NCBI RefSeq assembly: GCF_006345805.1
Contig: NC_042998.1
Span: forward strand, 57,288,001-57,352,000
DNA length: 64,000 nucleotides
Origin: Octopus sinensis
Taxonomy: Eukaryota
Direction: 5' to 3'
Positions within the stretch are counted from its first letter, which is position 1. Every line of letters starts with the position of its first letter. The notes beneath the pieces are model-generated. The model saw only the letters and a program-made list of their open reading frames with translations, was not told the DNA's origin and made no database searches. Both the position numbers and the translations under genes were made by a program. Shown piece after piece: positions 26,251 through 37,573 of the stretch.

Positions 26251-27332
26251 CAACGTAACAATTTTTTAAAAAATTGTTTATTGTATATTTTTTTTATTGT
26301 TTGTCAATCCATTGTTTCTTCTGATTCCAAAAATGAAATTATTCTTTGTGTATCATCAACAGTTAAAAATTAAGTCGACTTTCAATGTTATTATATATTC
26401 AGTATTGTTATAATGTCCCGCTATTAAATGTATCTAATTTTCTCTTTCAGATCAATTACTAAGTTCTGCTACTTTCAGGATGACTACTAGAATATGCAAA
26501 AATTCCCCAGATACATTTGGCTATGTGTGTGGTTAATATATTGGAAAAAAGCAGGTATTACATAAGATCGTGAAAGGTGCCAAATTGTGAATACTCATGG
26601 GTGACCAGGACAACTATAGCCCCATATGATGTGTGGAAGCTGTCGATCTACTCTGGAAGGATGGTTAAGAGGTACAGGAAGGCCAATGCTTTTTGCCATC
26701 CCAAGGGTATGGACAGAGCCAAAGAACCATCACGATGTCTGTTACTTTTGTATGATCGATGTGACAAAGTACAGAAAAGTGAAAAGAAGACAATCTCTTC
26801 ATTATCCAGACATACCACCATCTAGAGAATCTGTCCCACATGATGACAGTTTACGAGTAACCCTACCACCAGAAAATATTTAATCTGAAGAGTCAACAAT
26901 AGCAGCAGCCAAGAAAAGGAGGAAGGTTTCGTACCAAGAACGACTTCGGAGTCTCACTTTCCAAATCAGAGTGAGCTAGCAGAAAATATCGATCATCAAA
27001 GCACTTCTCATCTTAAGAAAAGAGTTATCAAGGCATTTACAGTGCAGAGTTTTGTTTCTTTTTGTTCTAACTAATATTATACTTCCTAAATACCTTTCAA
27101 TATATGAAAAAATACTAAATGTTGTGTAATTATCTTTACAATACTAAAATAGATTAAACCAACAAAGTGCTGTAGAGAAAAGTTATAAACATAACGAGCA
27201 AATATGAAATTAGGAATAAATAAATAACTATCGATGTTACGTCAAAACGAATATGATTTTTGAATTTAGTGGGAAAAAATGCATATATGAACATCAAAAA
27301 GTACTAATAAACAAAACATGTGTTACATTGTG
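26251..27332 (+). mobile_element. Chapaev3-like (CMC superfamily) DNA transposon, internally deleted relic
   Basis: Frameshifted N-terminal Zn-finger peptide CKNSPDTFGYVCG...GDQD...C..C...LFAIPRVWTEPKNHHDVCYFC...YPDIPPSRESVPHD, matching the Chapa-type motif as I recall it. Decayed termini are CAACGTAACAA and TGTTACATTGTG. Confidence 0.65.
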
Positions 27333-28287
27333 TAATTTTAAAAAAGAATATAGCTGTCGCTCAACAAATACATGTGGTTTCTTGTCTTTTGAGTGCTTGT
27401 AAATTGATTCAATGGAAATAGAATTGTTAAAATGAAATCGTGAGAGAGTAATGCTTAACGCTGGATACAGAATATATATTTTAGTTGTAGTAGGTTCTGT
27501 CGAAATTCGTTATACGATTTTTATGTGATTGAAACTAACAGAAACTGAAAGCAGAAATCGGATTCTGTTGTGGGCACATTACAAATTTAAATGAAACAAT
27601 TACACTATAGATTACAAATCATGTCTACGACCGCATTCAAAGATAACGTATGGTTTCTTCTTCCAATATTCTTGAGAGAACAAATGATAAGGGAGTAGAG
27701 AGAGTAGAGAGAGAAAGGAGAAAGAAGATAATGAATGGGAAGGTTAGGTAGAAGTTAGCAACATTGTTTTAAGATGCTTGTAAAGAATACGCCTAGATAT
27801 ACTGTTCCCGAAAATAAAAACTTGGGAAGGTAGTACTGGAGCACCATTGATCGTAGACCGGCTCAGGTGGTCCAAAAGCAGTCCTAGATAGATGATGGAT
27901 CAGGCTCATATACGCATTGCACCATCTGTTCTATTGAACCTGCGGATATAACATTTTATTCGATCTCTATCAGTATTGTCGGGTCTGTAACAGATATCTG
28001 TTGGTGACGTTTTCTTCTGATTCTTTTATTCTCCGCCTCTCTCCGTCCACCTCTTTCCTTTCTATTTTTCTCCTTTGTTTCAGTCATTAAAATGTAAAAA
28101 CATTGTTAGGACACTACGTTGAAGGGCTAAGTAGATGAAATCAGTCTATTTATACCGAACCACTAAATTGTCAAGCGGTGAAACACAAACACAAAGACAC
28201 AGCTCTATAGTTAAGAGATGAGAAATTATGTACATTATTTACATTATTTACCTTTGAAGGATATTTGTCCTCATCTTGTTTGTTGTT

Positions 28288-28333
28288 AACACAACGTTTC
28301 GGCTGGTATACCCTCCAGCCTTCGTCAGGTGTC
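28288..28333 (-). ncRNA. Minimal type I hammerhead ribozyme (PLE type)
   Basis: The minus strand reads GACAC-CTGACGA-A-GGCTGG-agggtata-CCAGCC-GAAACGTT-GTGTT. Stem I is GACAC/GTGTT, stem II is 6 bp, stem III is the palindrome ACGT (dimer-dependent), and the triplet is GUU. Confidence 0.7.
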
Positions 28334-28384
28334 ATGGGGGAAATTTCAAACCTAGGTTCTCATTCCTAAGATATTTTTCGATGC

Positions 28385-28431
<47 letters not shown>

Positions 28432-28728
28432 GGGAATCTGGGGTTAGTAACCCGCGCTCTTAACCACTACGCCATATGCCCGTCGGCAATTATGGAGTGA
28501 ATTTTAGGTCTTATAATATAATTAGGGATTAGATTTATAAACCCTAAAATTTATTCCATAATTGCCCATGCGTATATAGCGTAGTGGTTAAAAATGCGGG
28601 CTACTAACCCCAAAATGCCGAGTTCGATACAAGCAGTGTCCCGAATGATAATAATAATAATAATAATAATAATAGCAGCATCGAAAAATACCCTAGGAAT
28701 GAGAATCCAGGTTCGAAATTTCCCCCTA

Positions 28729-28769
28729 GACACCTGATGAAGGTTGGAGGGTATATCAGCCGAAACGTT
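28729..28769 (+). ncRNA. Hammerhead ribozyme, partly decayed copy
   Basis: GACAC-CTGATGA-A-GGTTGG-agggtata-TCAGCC-GAAACGTT. Stem II is kept by G-U wobbles, and the 3' strand of stem I is replaced by a T run. Confidence 0.55.
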
Positions 28770-28877
28770 TTTTTAGAAACAAGATGAGGACAAATATCCG
28801 TCGAATGTAAATAATGTAAATAACAAATACAAAGGTGCACCACACATAAATACGTTCACACATGCACATACATATAT

Positions 28878-29000
28878 GATGCACTTTTTAACAGTCAGTA
28901 TCTGTCTACTTATTTCACTCACACTGTAGGCCTGGGCTTATGGTAGAAAACACTTGTCCACTGCTACGCAGTGGAACTAATACCGGGTCTACGCGATTAG
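28878..29000 (-). mobile_element. SINE family D 5' fragment
   Basis: CTGTCTACTTATTTCACTCACACTG...GGAACTAATACCGGG, homologous to 2970-3120. Confidence 0.7.
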
Positions 29001-29025
29001 GAATCGACGGTCATTTCTGCACCTA

Positions 29026-29867
29026 TACGAAGTGGTATCAAAAGCTCTCGTACTGGTTCTGTTACGCGCCAACAGATAGTAGCTCACGATTGCGTATGCA
29101 GTGAGAGCTAGCAGTGACCTTCACGAGGCAGTGTACCGAGTGACATCGTTGTGTTTGTTTCACAAGCTGTAAAACTGGCGTTTTTGCTATTTTTTCATAG
29201 ACAGGAGGAAGGAACAAAGAGTTAACTTGAAACTTTGCGTTAAACTTGGGTAGTATGCTACAGAGACATTGAGCATGCTTCGGCAAGCTTACGGCAACGA
29301 GGCAATGGGTCGTACGCGATGTTTCGAGTGGCACGGGCTCTTCAAAAGCGGACGATAAGCAATCTGGAAGACCTGTCACGAGTGTCATCCCAGGAAGAAA
29401 ATTCATCAGCTTGTGCATGGATATCGTCAGGAGAAAACAATCAACGACATTTTGGAGTGTTTGAAGGAGGAGGACATTTGGCGGAAGCGACCGGATCTGT
29501 GGAATGCGAAGAATTGATTCTTCACAACGATAATGCACTCAGTAACCGGGCTCTCCTCACTCGTGAGTTTCTCGCCAAAAACAACATAGTATCGCTTCTG
29601 TACCCGCCCTATTCACCAAATTTAGCACCTATGGACCTCCATCTCTTCCTGAAGATGAATAAGCAGCTCAAAGGCCCCCGTTTTCACACCGTTATTGATA
29701 TCCAGAGCGAATCGCAGACGGTCCTCGACTCGCTTACAGAACACGACTCCCAGGGCGGGTTCCGAATATGGTAGGAACGCTGGGGCCGGTGCATTCTGCG
29801 CAGGGTGACTATTTCGAAAGCGATAATCTTAAAACTTAAGCAACTAACCTTTCGATACTACTTCGTA
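29026..29867 (+). mobile_element. Mariner DNA transposon, internally deleted, with TIRs and TA TSD
   Basis: TIRs TACGAAGTGGTATCAAAAAG / CTTTCGATACTACTTCGTA, flanked by TA. N-terminal EQRVNLKLCVKLG...CFEWH..FKSGR, and C-terminal HNDNA...YPPYSPNLAPMDLHLF. Confidence 0.92.
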
Positions 29868-30838
29868 TAGAAATTGAAATGTTAGAATAACAATATTGTT
29901 ATTACTTAAACAAACGATATTATGTGGTATACAGTGAAATAGAGTCAATGACCACTAGGTCATAGAAGCAAGCACGAAATGTGCTGACACATCATATCAT
30001 GGTTGTAATCAATAAAACACGAAAATTATGTGTAGTTTTAAGAAATGAAAAACGTGGATATAATGATATATGTATGAGCTCTAAACGATTTCCATGATTC
30101 TATTACACTGTAACTAATACAATTCAACACATTTTATGGATTCATTACATTTATAGAGGCGTTATTTTTATCGTTCTCTTGTGTTAGGTTAAATATTAAG
30201 TTCTACTATATCAAGTCAAATCAGGAGTAGAAAGAGGAGACAGAATACTAAAGCTTAGCTTTAGGCCACAAGTAACAAAATAGTCCTAAAATATATATTA
30301 CTTCCGAGATACAATGTATTTATGGGATAATATATTTTTAGCATATACCGTATTTATGAGATATGTCATATATAACGTATTTATGAGATATAACGTATTT
30401 ATTTGATATAAATATGTTCCATATAGGAAAAAGAATTATTTTTAGCCAATCAATAATTTTGTGATGATATTTAATCGATTAGTAAAAATTAGGAAAAGAT
30501 TAAAATAAAATAAAACCAGTTTTGCAACTGACTACAAGAACTCAGTGAGGTATTAAATCGATCAGGAAAGATTAGCAAGTTATTACAGCCAATCAATATA
30601 ATTTGGAAAATTATTTAACCGATCAATAGTATTTGAGAAGTTATTTAAGCTTCATGAAATAAGCAGATCAATGTATAGGAAGATATTTAACCGAAGTGTA
30701 ATAGTTATTTAAAAGCCTAAATGGTTATTCATCCAATGAATAATTCATGCAATGGATGACTTGAGTAGAGTATGGTTATGTTACAACTGCTACTTTTCTC
30801 TCTCTCTCCCTCCCTCTCTCTCTCTCTCTCCATATATA

Positions 30839-30905
<67 letters not shown>

Positions 30906-31719
30906 GATGCATAGGTGGCGAATATGCTCAGGGATACTATCTGGCAGAGTCGTAAGAGTGCCGGACAGAATTCGAATAATTGGTTTCGACTTTCTTCGCT
31001 CAGATTTAAAATCTCGCAAAGGTCAACTATAAAAATGTCAGATAGGATTCCTTGAGGTATTTCTTCTGATTATCTGCGTTCTGGATTCAAATCCCGCTCT
31101 GGGCCACTTGGATGGAAAATTTACCCCAACATCCGTTCAACACCATCAGCTGGTATCTTTAGTGGAGTCCACTATGTTGAAAACATTTGGGTCAGATTTC
31201 CTGTTCAAGGACATCATTCCATCCATCCAAGCACTCTCAGAAAGCATGAACAGTCATGGGCAATTCGTTCCTTCCTGACTAAAATCTAAAATAAAATGTT
31301 ATCATACTCTACATGATTACGTAAGACTAGAAAATTTCAAATCTTTGCAATGAGTAAGAAAACAATTTACATTCAATGCGTCTTCTTTGCCCTTCGATTT
31401 AAAACTCAAACTTCTAATCCCGCCTTGGCTGATTTTGAACTTATTATCTCCCCTACTGTAAATGTACACTAAAAAAATTATATATACAGCAATGATTCTT
31501 CGAGAATTGTTTTAAATTCATATTACTAATCGGTCTAATCGATCATCTGAAACTGGTTCTACTCCGGTTTGTATAACATCACCCACTGATTGTATTTTTT
31601 TTCTCGTGCCCTACATATTTTGACGACGTTTGCCTGGATTCTATGATGTATAACTGATTAAGACCTCAAAATCTCTCTGAATGGGATGCCAGTCTGTTGC
31701 ATGGTTCAAAGCCAACAAT

Positions 31720-31910
31720 TTTGTAGAGGTATGGAGGACAAGTCGATCACATCAACCCCAGTACTTGACTGGGATTTTATTTTATCGACCCTGAAGGGAT
31801 GAAACGCGAAGTTGACTCCGGCAGAATTTGGTCTTAGAACGCAAAGAGCTGGAAAAAATTCCGCTAATAATTTTGACCGACGTGCTAACGATTCTGCTAA
31901 CTTGCCGCCT
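31720..31910 (-). mobile_element. SINE family A copy
   Basis: TTTTATCGACCCTGAAGGGATGAAACGCGAAGTTGACTCCGGCAGAATTTG...CTAACGATTCTGCTAACTTGCCGCC is the reverse complement of the family A head. Confidence 0.8.
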
Positions 31911-32308
31911 TATTGGATCGTATTGATCAGACACAGTTAAACATGGCCTGTAGAATATACAGCTGGGGACGGTACTAACAGCATCAAATTTGAAACACCA
32001 ATACAACTATATCCGTGATATTAAATTACATTGGTGAACAAAGAATCACTGTTGGAGATATTTGAGGTGAATCACAAAACATTTCTGACGCCAATTTCAA
32101 AACTCTTTGTTTTCTTTTTCCATTTTTTCCCCTATAGCACGTAAAGTTATTTAGATGAGTCCAATTTTTTTTATCATAATTATTTTCGAACTATTTTATA
32201 TTTTTCACATTATTTACTCAGACCATAATCGTCCACATCACCACCATCATCATCTTCATCATCATTGTTATCATTCTCACCACCACCACCACTTAATCAA
32301 CTTTGATT

Positions 32309-32447
32309 TTCACTATACCGTTGTCCCGTAGGACAAATTAGTTAATGCGAATTAAACTTACGGGCATAAAAAGAAAAAAAAAGTTAGGATTTAAGCTCCT
32401 AATTTCCATTACCTAATTGTCCTACGAGACGCGGGTATAGTAGTGAA
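32309..32447. mobile_element. Small MITE-like element with ~40-bp imperfect TIRs
   Basis: TTCACTATACCGTTGTCCCGTAGGACAAATTAG versus the reverse complement of CTAATTGTCCTACGAGACGCGGGTATAGTAGTGAA. Confidence 0.7.
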
Positions 32448-32849
32448 TGAATATAAACATTTTTTAACTGTTAAGTGTTGTAGTTTGCTCGGTAGGCAAG
32501 ACTCCAGTCTCCATATATTCGGTTTGGGAGCGAGCAAGCTTCATCTCCAGTAGGAGGATAAGTAAACAAATATCTCTGGAACTGACAACAGAATGAGAAC
32601 AATCACTCCGCCAAGTTGCATCCTTTATAAAGGGTCTGGTATGATATTCTGAGAGTGTTACTGAATCGACAGGTACTTGATGAAAGATGGATCATACAAC
32701 GTCCGAAATTTCCTGAGAGTAACAACAGAAGGGCTGGCACTAGACTGGATATATCAGTATAATCATGATAATTCCTGATCTCAGATATCCAGAATTAAAG
32801 CTACGAAATAATAATGGTTGCTAATTTAAGGGTAAGGCTAACGATTTTG

Positions 32850-33290
32850 AGGGATGGTGTGACTCGAAAACATCAGCTCCAGTGCTTGGTCGGTAATTTA
32901 TCATACCTACCACGAAAGGATAAAAGCAAAATTGATCTCGGCAGGAACTCAGAATGTTAAAGACCCGGAACAAACACTACAAATCACTTTTTAAACGCTC
33001 TAAATGATTCTGCTTGCTCACCACCTTCCTATGCAGCTATAGTGATTTCATCCTTTCATCCTTTCGGGGTCGATGTAACCGATCTACCCACCCCTCACGA
33101 AATTGCTTGCCTTGTCTCAAAATTTGAAATCAATTTAAGTACGAAGGTGGTGAGCTGGCGGAGTCAGTATTGCATCGGACAAATTACGTAGCGGCATTTC
33201 TTCCGGTTTATTTTACATTATGCGTTCAAATCTCGCCGGTGTCACCTTTGCTTTTCATCCCCTGGTAGTCGATAAAATAAAGTACCAGCA
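32850..33290. mobile_element. Cluster of SINE family A fragments in both orientations
   Basis: Minus copy ~32850-33030; plus-strand fragments at 33045-33125 and 33143-33290. Confidence 0.7.
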
Positions 33291-34796
33291 CCATGTGCTG
33301 GGTATGGGGATCGAATACACAGAAAAATGGAAACCCTTTGTAAGTAAAGTGTGGATTAAACCATGCAGTAGTTAAGTGGTCCTTCTTTTATCGATCCCGT
33401 AAAGAATGGCAGACCCATCACCGGCAGGGTTTGAACTAAGAGCCTAAAGAATCGTTACTAAATACTACCAAATTTAGAATCCATTTCCCTATAAATCTAG
33501 CTATGTAGTTGCTGTATGTTACTGAGCTGCAGTTGAATTCTTATTGTGTTCGCCTATGATAAATGTATTCCAGTTATTAATCATTCCCTCTCTTTTAGTG
33601 TATGTAGGACTAGAGTACCATTTTCCTGTATTGCTTAAGGATGCAAGTTTGGGGATATTTGACTGCTGTTTCTAGCACTATAAGTGACCATATAAAAGCT
33701 CACTGGTTAGATCAGGAAGCTCTAAGATAATAATAATGTGTTAATGGGGATAAAATGTCTTTATAACCTGCTAGATTTTATTGACTTAATTGGTTGCTAC
33801 TTAATTGCTGATTGGCACGACTGGAATGCTTTCGAATATAATTTAACTTTATTAGAATCTAATTAATGAACATATCTGTTTGTTCTTCACCATTTCTCAT
33901 TCAGAGGAACTATCTGCCTTCGTCTCTTGAAACTTATCTTTCAGTATTCACACATATATCACATAAAATCTCTTAGATCCGATTCCGCATCAAATAAAAC
34001 TATAAAATTAGATATGAAAATACTTCCGACGACAAATTAAAGTATCGTATCCAATAATATTCATTTAGAAAGTTGTCTGTTAATCCAGTACATGCTACGT
34101 CGTAGAATCGTCAGTAGATAGATCGGCACTCTCAAGTGAGCATGAGAAGTAAGCTTACTAGAATCCTAGCATGACATAAGCACCACTTGGCAAAAGTACA
34201 GATGAACTCAACGTAGGATTCCCGAATAGAGGATCAACAATTGTGCAAGAAGGTTATAGAATATTCGAGATGTGAACGAGTTTGGGAATGGTGGAATTTT
34301 TGTTCCTGTTGCTGAAATTATTCACTCAGAATCCAGTATGTGTCTGCTCTGGAATGCGGTGACTATTACTGAATTTTTACTTCGCATGTACACACTGTGT
34401 ATAACGGATATCTATCTTACGTATAGGTGTCCAATGGTCAACTCGGGTAGAACAAATCATCATAATAACTTTGATGGTTTGGCTAATCTCCTTTATATAA
34501 CATTATCGTAGCCATTAGAATATCTGTCTTGTTCTCTTATAAAATGATCTTAAAACACTGTTAGAGCCGGTATGAATAGGATGCAACCTCAAAGTTGGAT
34601 GGTTAAACTTGCAATGTGTTAATTTACGTTTAATAGATACGTAGTGAATCTTAGTTCTTTTACTGAATCAAGATCGTTCAACTTATGGAGTAGAAACAAT
34701 TGGTGTGTTATGGAAACCTAGAAGCGTTTGGAAGATTACACTATACCAAATGAAAAAATAGGAAAAGCGTGCAAGCGAATTTTAGACATACAGATA

Positions 34797-34797
34797 G

Positions 34798-34852
<55 letters not shown>

Positions 34853-34890
34853 AGCTGTATATATCTGTACATATATATGTGTATATATAT

Positions 34891-34935
<45 letters not shown>

Positions 34936-35009
34936 TATATATATACACACACACATATATATATACACACACACACATATATATATACACACACATATAT
35001 ATATACACA

Positions 35010-35068
<59 letters not shown>

Positions 35069-35073
35069 GTATA
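34797..35073. repeat. Compound (TA)n/(CA)n microsatellite immediately upstream of the hammerhead array
   Basis: Visible tandem runs. Confidence 0.95.
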
Positions 35074-35148
35074 TAATTTATATATAGAGGGCATTATACA
35101 TACATGCCAGAAGGCATTATACATACATGCCACACGCTAAGAGGGACA

Positions 35149-35189
35149 CTGATGAATACGTAAGTATGAAATCACTGTGATACAGGTCT
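35149..35189 (+). ncRNA. Hammerhead copy 1 (5' strand of stem I missing)
   Basis: Core, stem II and stem III are intact; the upstream AGGCCTG is replaced by the inverted segment. Confidence 0.75.
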
Positions 35190-35621
35190 ATATTTTTTTA
35201 AATGTCTTACTTTGAAAAATTGCATTCGGTGGGATTAGTAATATTTTTGGTAGAAATGACTAATTGTCCCTCTTAGCGTGTGGCATGTATGTATAATGCC
35301 TTCTGGCATGTATGTATAATGCCCTCTATATATAAATTAATATGTTCAATAAGAAATAATTATTTTCGAAATTTTTTCTCTTATGAGGTTTTCACGCTAT
35401 CTACCTGACAATTTCTTGTTAAGTTTTCCTTATTAAGTAGTTGTCCTTAATTGCTAAATTTTTATTCCGAAAAAACTTTTCCTCTCCCGAAATGCAATTC
35501 GTAAAAGTTTGCCATTTATCCGGATGTAATATATGTAACTCACCCATGTGCTTCGTTGATGTTGATCAGTTAGCTGATCGGCTTAAGCGGGGCAGGGTCG
35601 TTGTTTATTTATAATACATTC

Positions 35622-35668
35622 AGGCTGCTGATGAATACGTAAGTATGAAATCACTGTGATACAGGTCT
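35622..35668 (+). ncRNA. Hammerhead copy 2 (stem I variant AGGCTG)
   Basis: AGGCTG-CTGATGA-ATAC-GTAA-GTAT-GAAA-TCACTGTGA-TA-CAGGTCT; predicted cleavage after 35661. Confidence 0.85.
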
Positions 35669-36099
35669 ATATGTTTTTAATGTCTTACTTTGAAAAATTG
35701 CATTCGGTGGGATTAGTAATATTTTTGGTAGAAATGACTAATTGTCCCTCTTAGCGTGTGGCATGTATGTATAATGCCTTCTGGCATGTATGTATAATGC
35801 CCTCTATATATAAATTAATATGTTCAATAAGAAATAATTATTTTCGAAATTTTTTCTCTTATGAGGTTTTCACGCTATCTACCTGACAATTTCTTGTTAA
35901 GTTTTCCTTATTAAGTAGTTGTCCTTAATTGCTAAATTTTTATTCCGAAAAAACTTTTCCTCTCCCGAAATGCAATTCGTAAAAGTTTGCCATTTATCCG
36001 GATGTAATATATGTAACTCACCCATGTGCTTCGTTGATGTTGATCAGTTAGCTGATCGGCTTAAGCGGGGCAGGGTCGTTGTTTATTTATAATACATTC

Positions 36100-36147
36100 A
36101 GGCCTGCTGATGAATACGTAAGTATGAAATCACTGTGATACAGGTCT
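36100..36147 (+). ncRNA. Hammerhead copy 3 (complete type I)
   Basis: AGGCCTG-CTGATGA-ATAC-GTAA-GTAT-GAAA-TCACTGTGA-TA-CAGGTCT, with a 7-bp stem I containing one G-U; predicted cleavage after 36140. Confidence 0.92.
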
Positions 36148-36578
36148 ATATGTTTTTAAATGTCTTACTTTGAAAAATTGCATTCGGTGGGATTAGTAAT
36201 ATTTTTGGTAGAAATGACTAATTGTCCCTCTTAGCGTGTGGTATGTATGTATAATGCCTTCTGGCATGTATGTATATGCCCTCTATATATAAATTAATAT
36301 GTTCAATAAGAAATAATTATTTTCGAAATTTTTTCTCTTATGAGGTTTTCACGCTATCTACTGACAATTTCTTGTTAAGTTTTCCTTATTAAGTAGTTGT
36401 CCTTAATTGCTAAATTTTTATTCCGAAAAAACTTTTCCTCTCCCGAAATGCAATTCGTAAAAGTTTGCCATTTATCCGGATGTAATATATGTAATCTCAC
36501 CCATGTGCTTCGTTGATGTTGATCAGTTAGCTGATCGGCTTAAGCGGGGCAGGGTCGTTGTTTATTTATAATGCATTC

Positions 36579-36626
36579 AGGCCTGCTGATGAATACGTAA
36601 GTATGAAATCACTGTGATACAGGTCT
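36579..36626 (+). ncRNA. Hammerhead copy 4 (complete type I)
   Basis: Identical to copy 3; predicted cleavage after 36619. Confidence 0.92.
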
Positions 36627-37050
36627 ATATTTTTTAAAGTCTTACTTTGAAAAATTGCATTCGGTGGGATTAGTAATATTTTTGGTAGAAATGACTAATT
36701 GTCCCTCTAGCGTGTGGCATGTATGTATAATGCCTTCTGGCATGTAGTATAATGCCCTCTATATATAAATTAATATGTTCAATAAGAAATAATATTTTCG
36801 AAATTTTTCTCTTATGAGGTTTTCACGCTATCTACCTGACAATTTCTTGTTAAGTTTTCCTTATTAGTAGTTGTCCTTAATTGCTAAATTTTTATTCCGA
36901 AAAAACTTTTCCTCTCCGAAATGCAATCGTAAAAGTTTGCCATTTATCCGGATGTAATATATGTAAACTCACCCATGTGCTTCGTTGATGTTGATCAGTT
37001 AGCTGATCGGCTTAAGCGGGGCAGGGTCGTTGTTTATTTATAATACATTC

Positions 37051-37097
37051 AGGCTGCTGATGAATACGTAAGTATGAAATCACTGTGATACAGGTCT
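37051..37097 (+). ncRNA. Hammerhead copy 5 (stem I variant AGGCTG)
   Basis: As copy 2; predicted cleavage after 37090. Confidence 0.85.
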
Positions 37098-37525
37098 ATA
37101 TGTTTTTAAATGTCTTACTTTGAAAAATGCATTCGGTGGGATTAGTAATATTTTTGGTAGAAATGACTAATTGTCCCTCTTAGCGTGTGGTATGTATGTA
37201 TAATGCCTTCTGGCATGTATGTATAATGCCCTCTATATATAAATTAATATGTTCAATAAGAAATAATTATTTTCGAAATTTTTTCTCTTATGAGGTTTTC
37301 ACGCTATCTACCTGACAATTCTTGTTAAGTTTTCTTATTAAGTAGTTGTCCTTAATTGCTAAATTTTTATTCCGAAAAAACTTTTCCTCTCCCGAAATGC
37401 AATCGTAAAAGTTTGCCATTTATCCGGATGTAATATATGTAATCTCACCCATGTGCTTCGTTGATGTTGATCAGTTAGCTGATCGGCTTAAGCGGGGCAG
37501 GGTCGTTGTTATTTATAATGCATTC

Positions 37526-37573
37526 AGGCCTGCTGATGAATACGTAAGTATGAAATCACTGTGATACAGGTCT
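37526..37573 (+). ncRNA. Hammerhead copy 6 (complete type I)
   Basis: Identical to copy 3; predicted cleavage after 37566. Confidence 0.92.

Larger units (their letters stand above)
28230..28822. mobile_element. Head-to-head inverted pair of tRNA-headed elements with (AAT)n and a hammerhead-bearing tail
   Basis: Arms 28230-28510 and 28555-28822 are reverse complements. Each has an A-box (TGGCGTAGTGG on the left arm, TAGCGTAGTGG on the right), an (AAT)n tract and a CTGA(T/C)GA...GAAAC motif. Confidence 0.85.
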
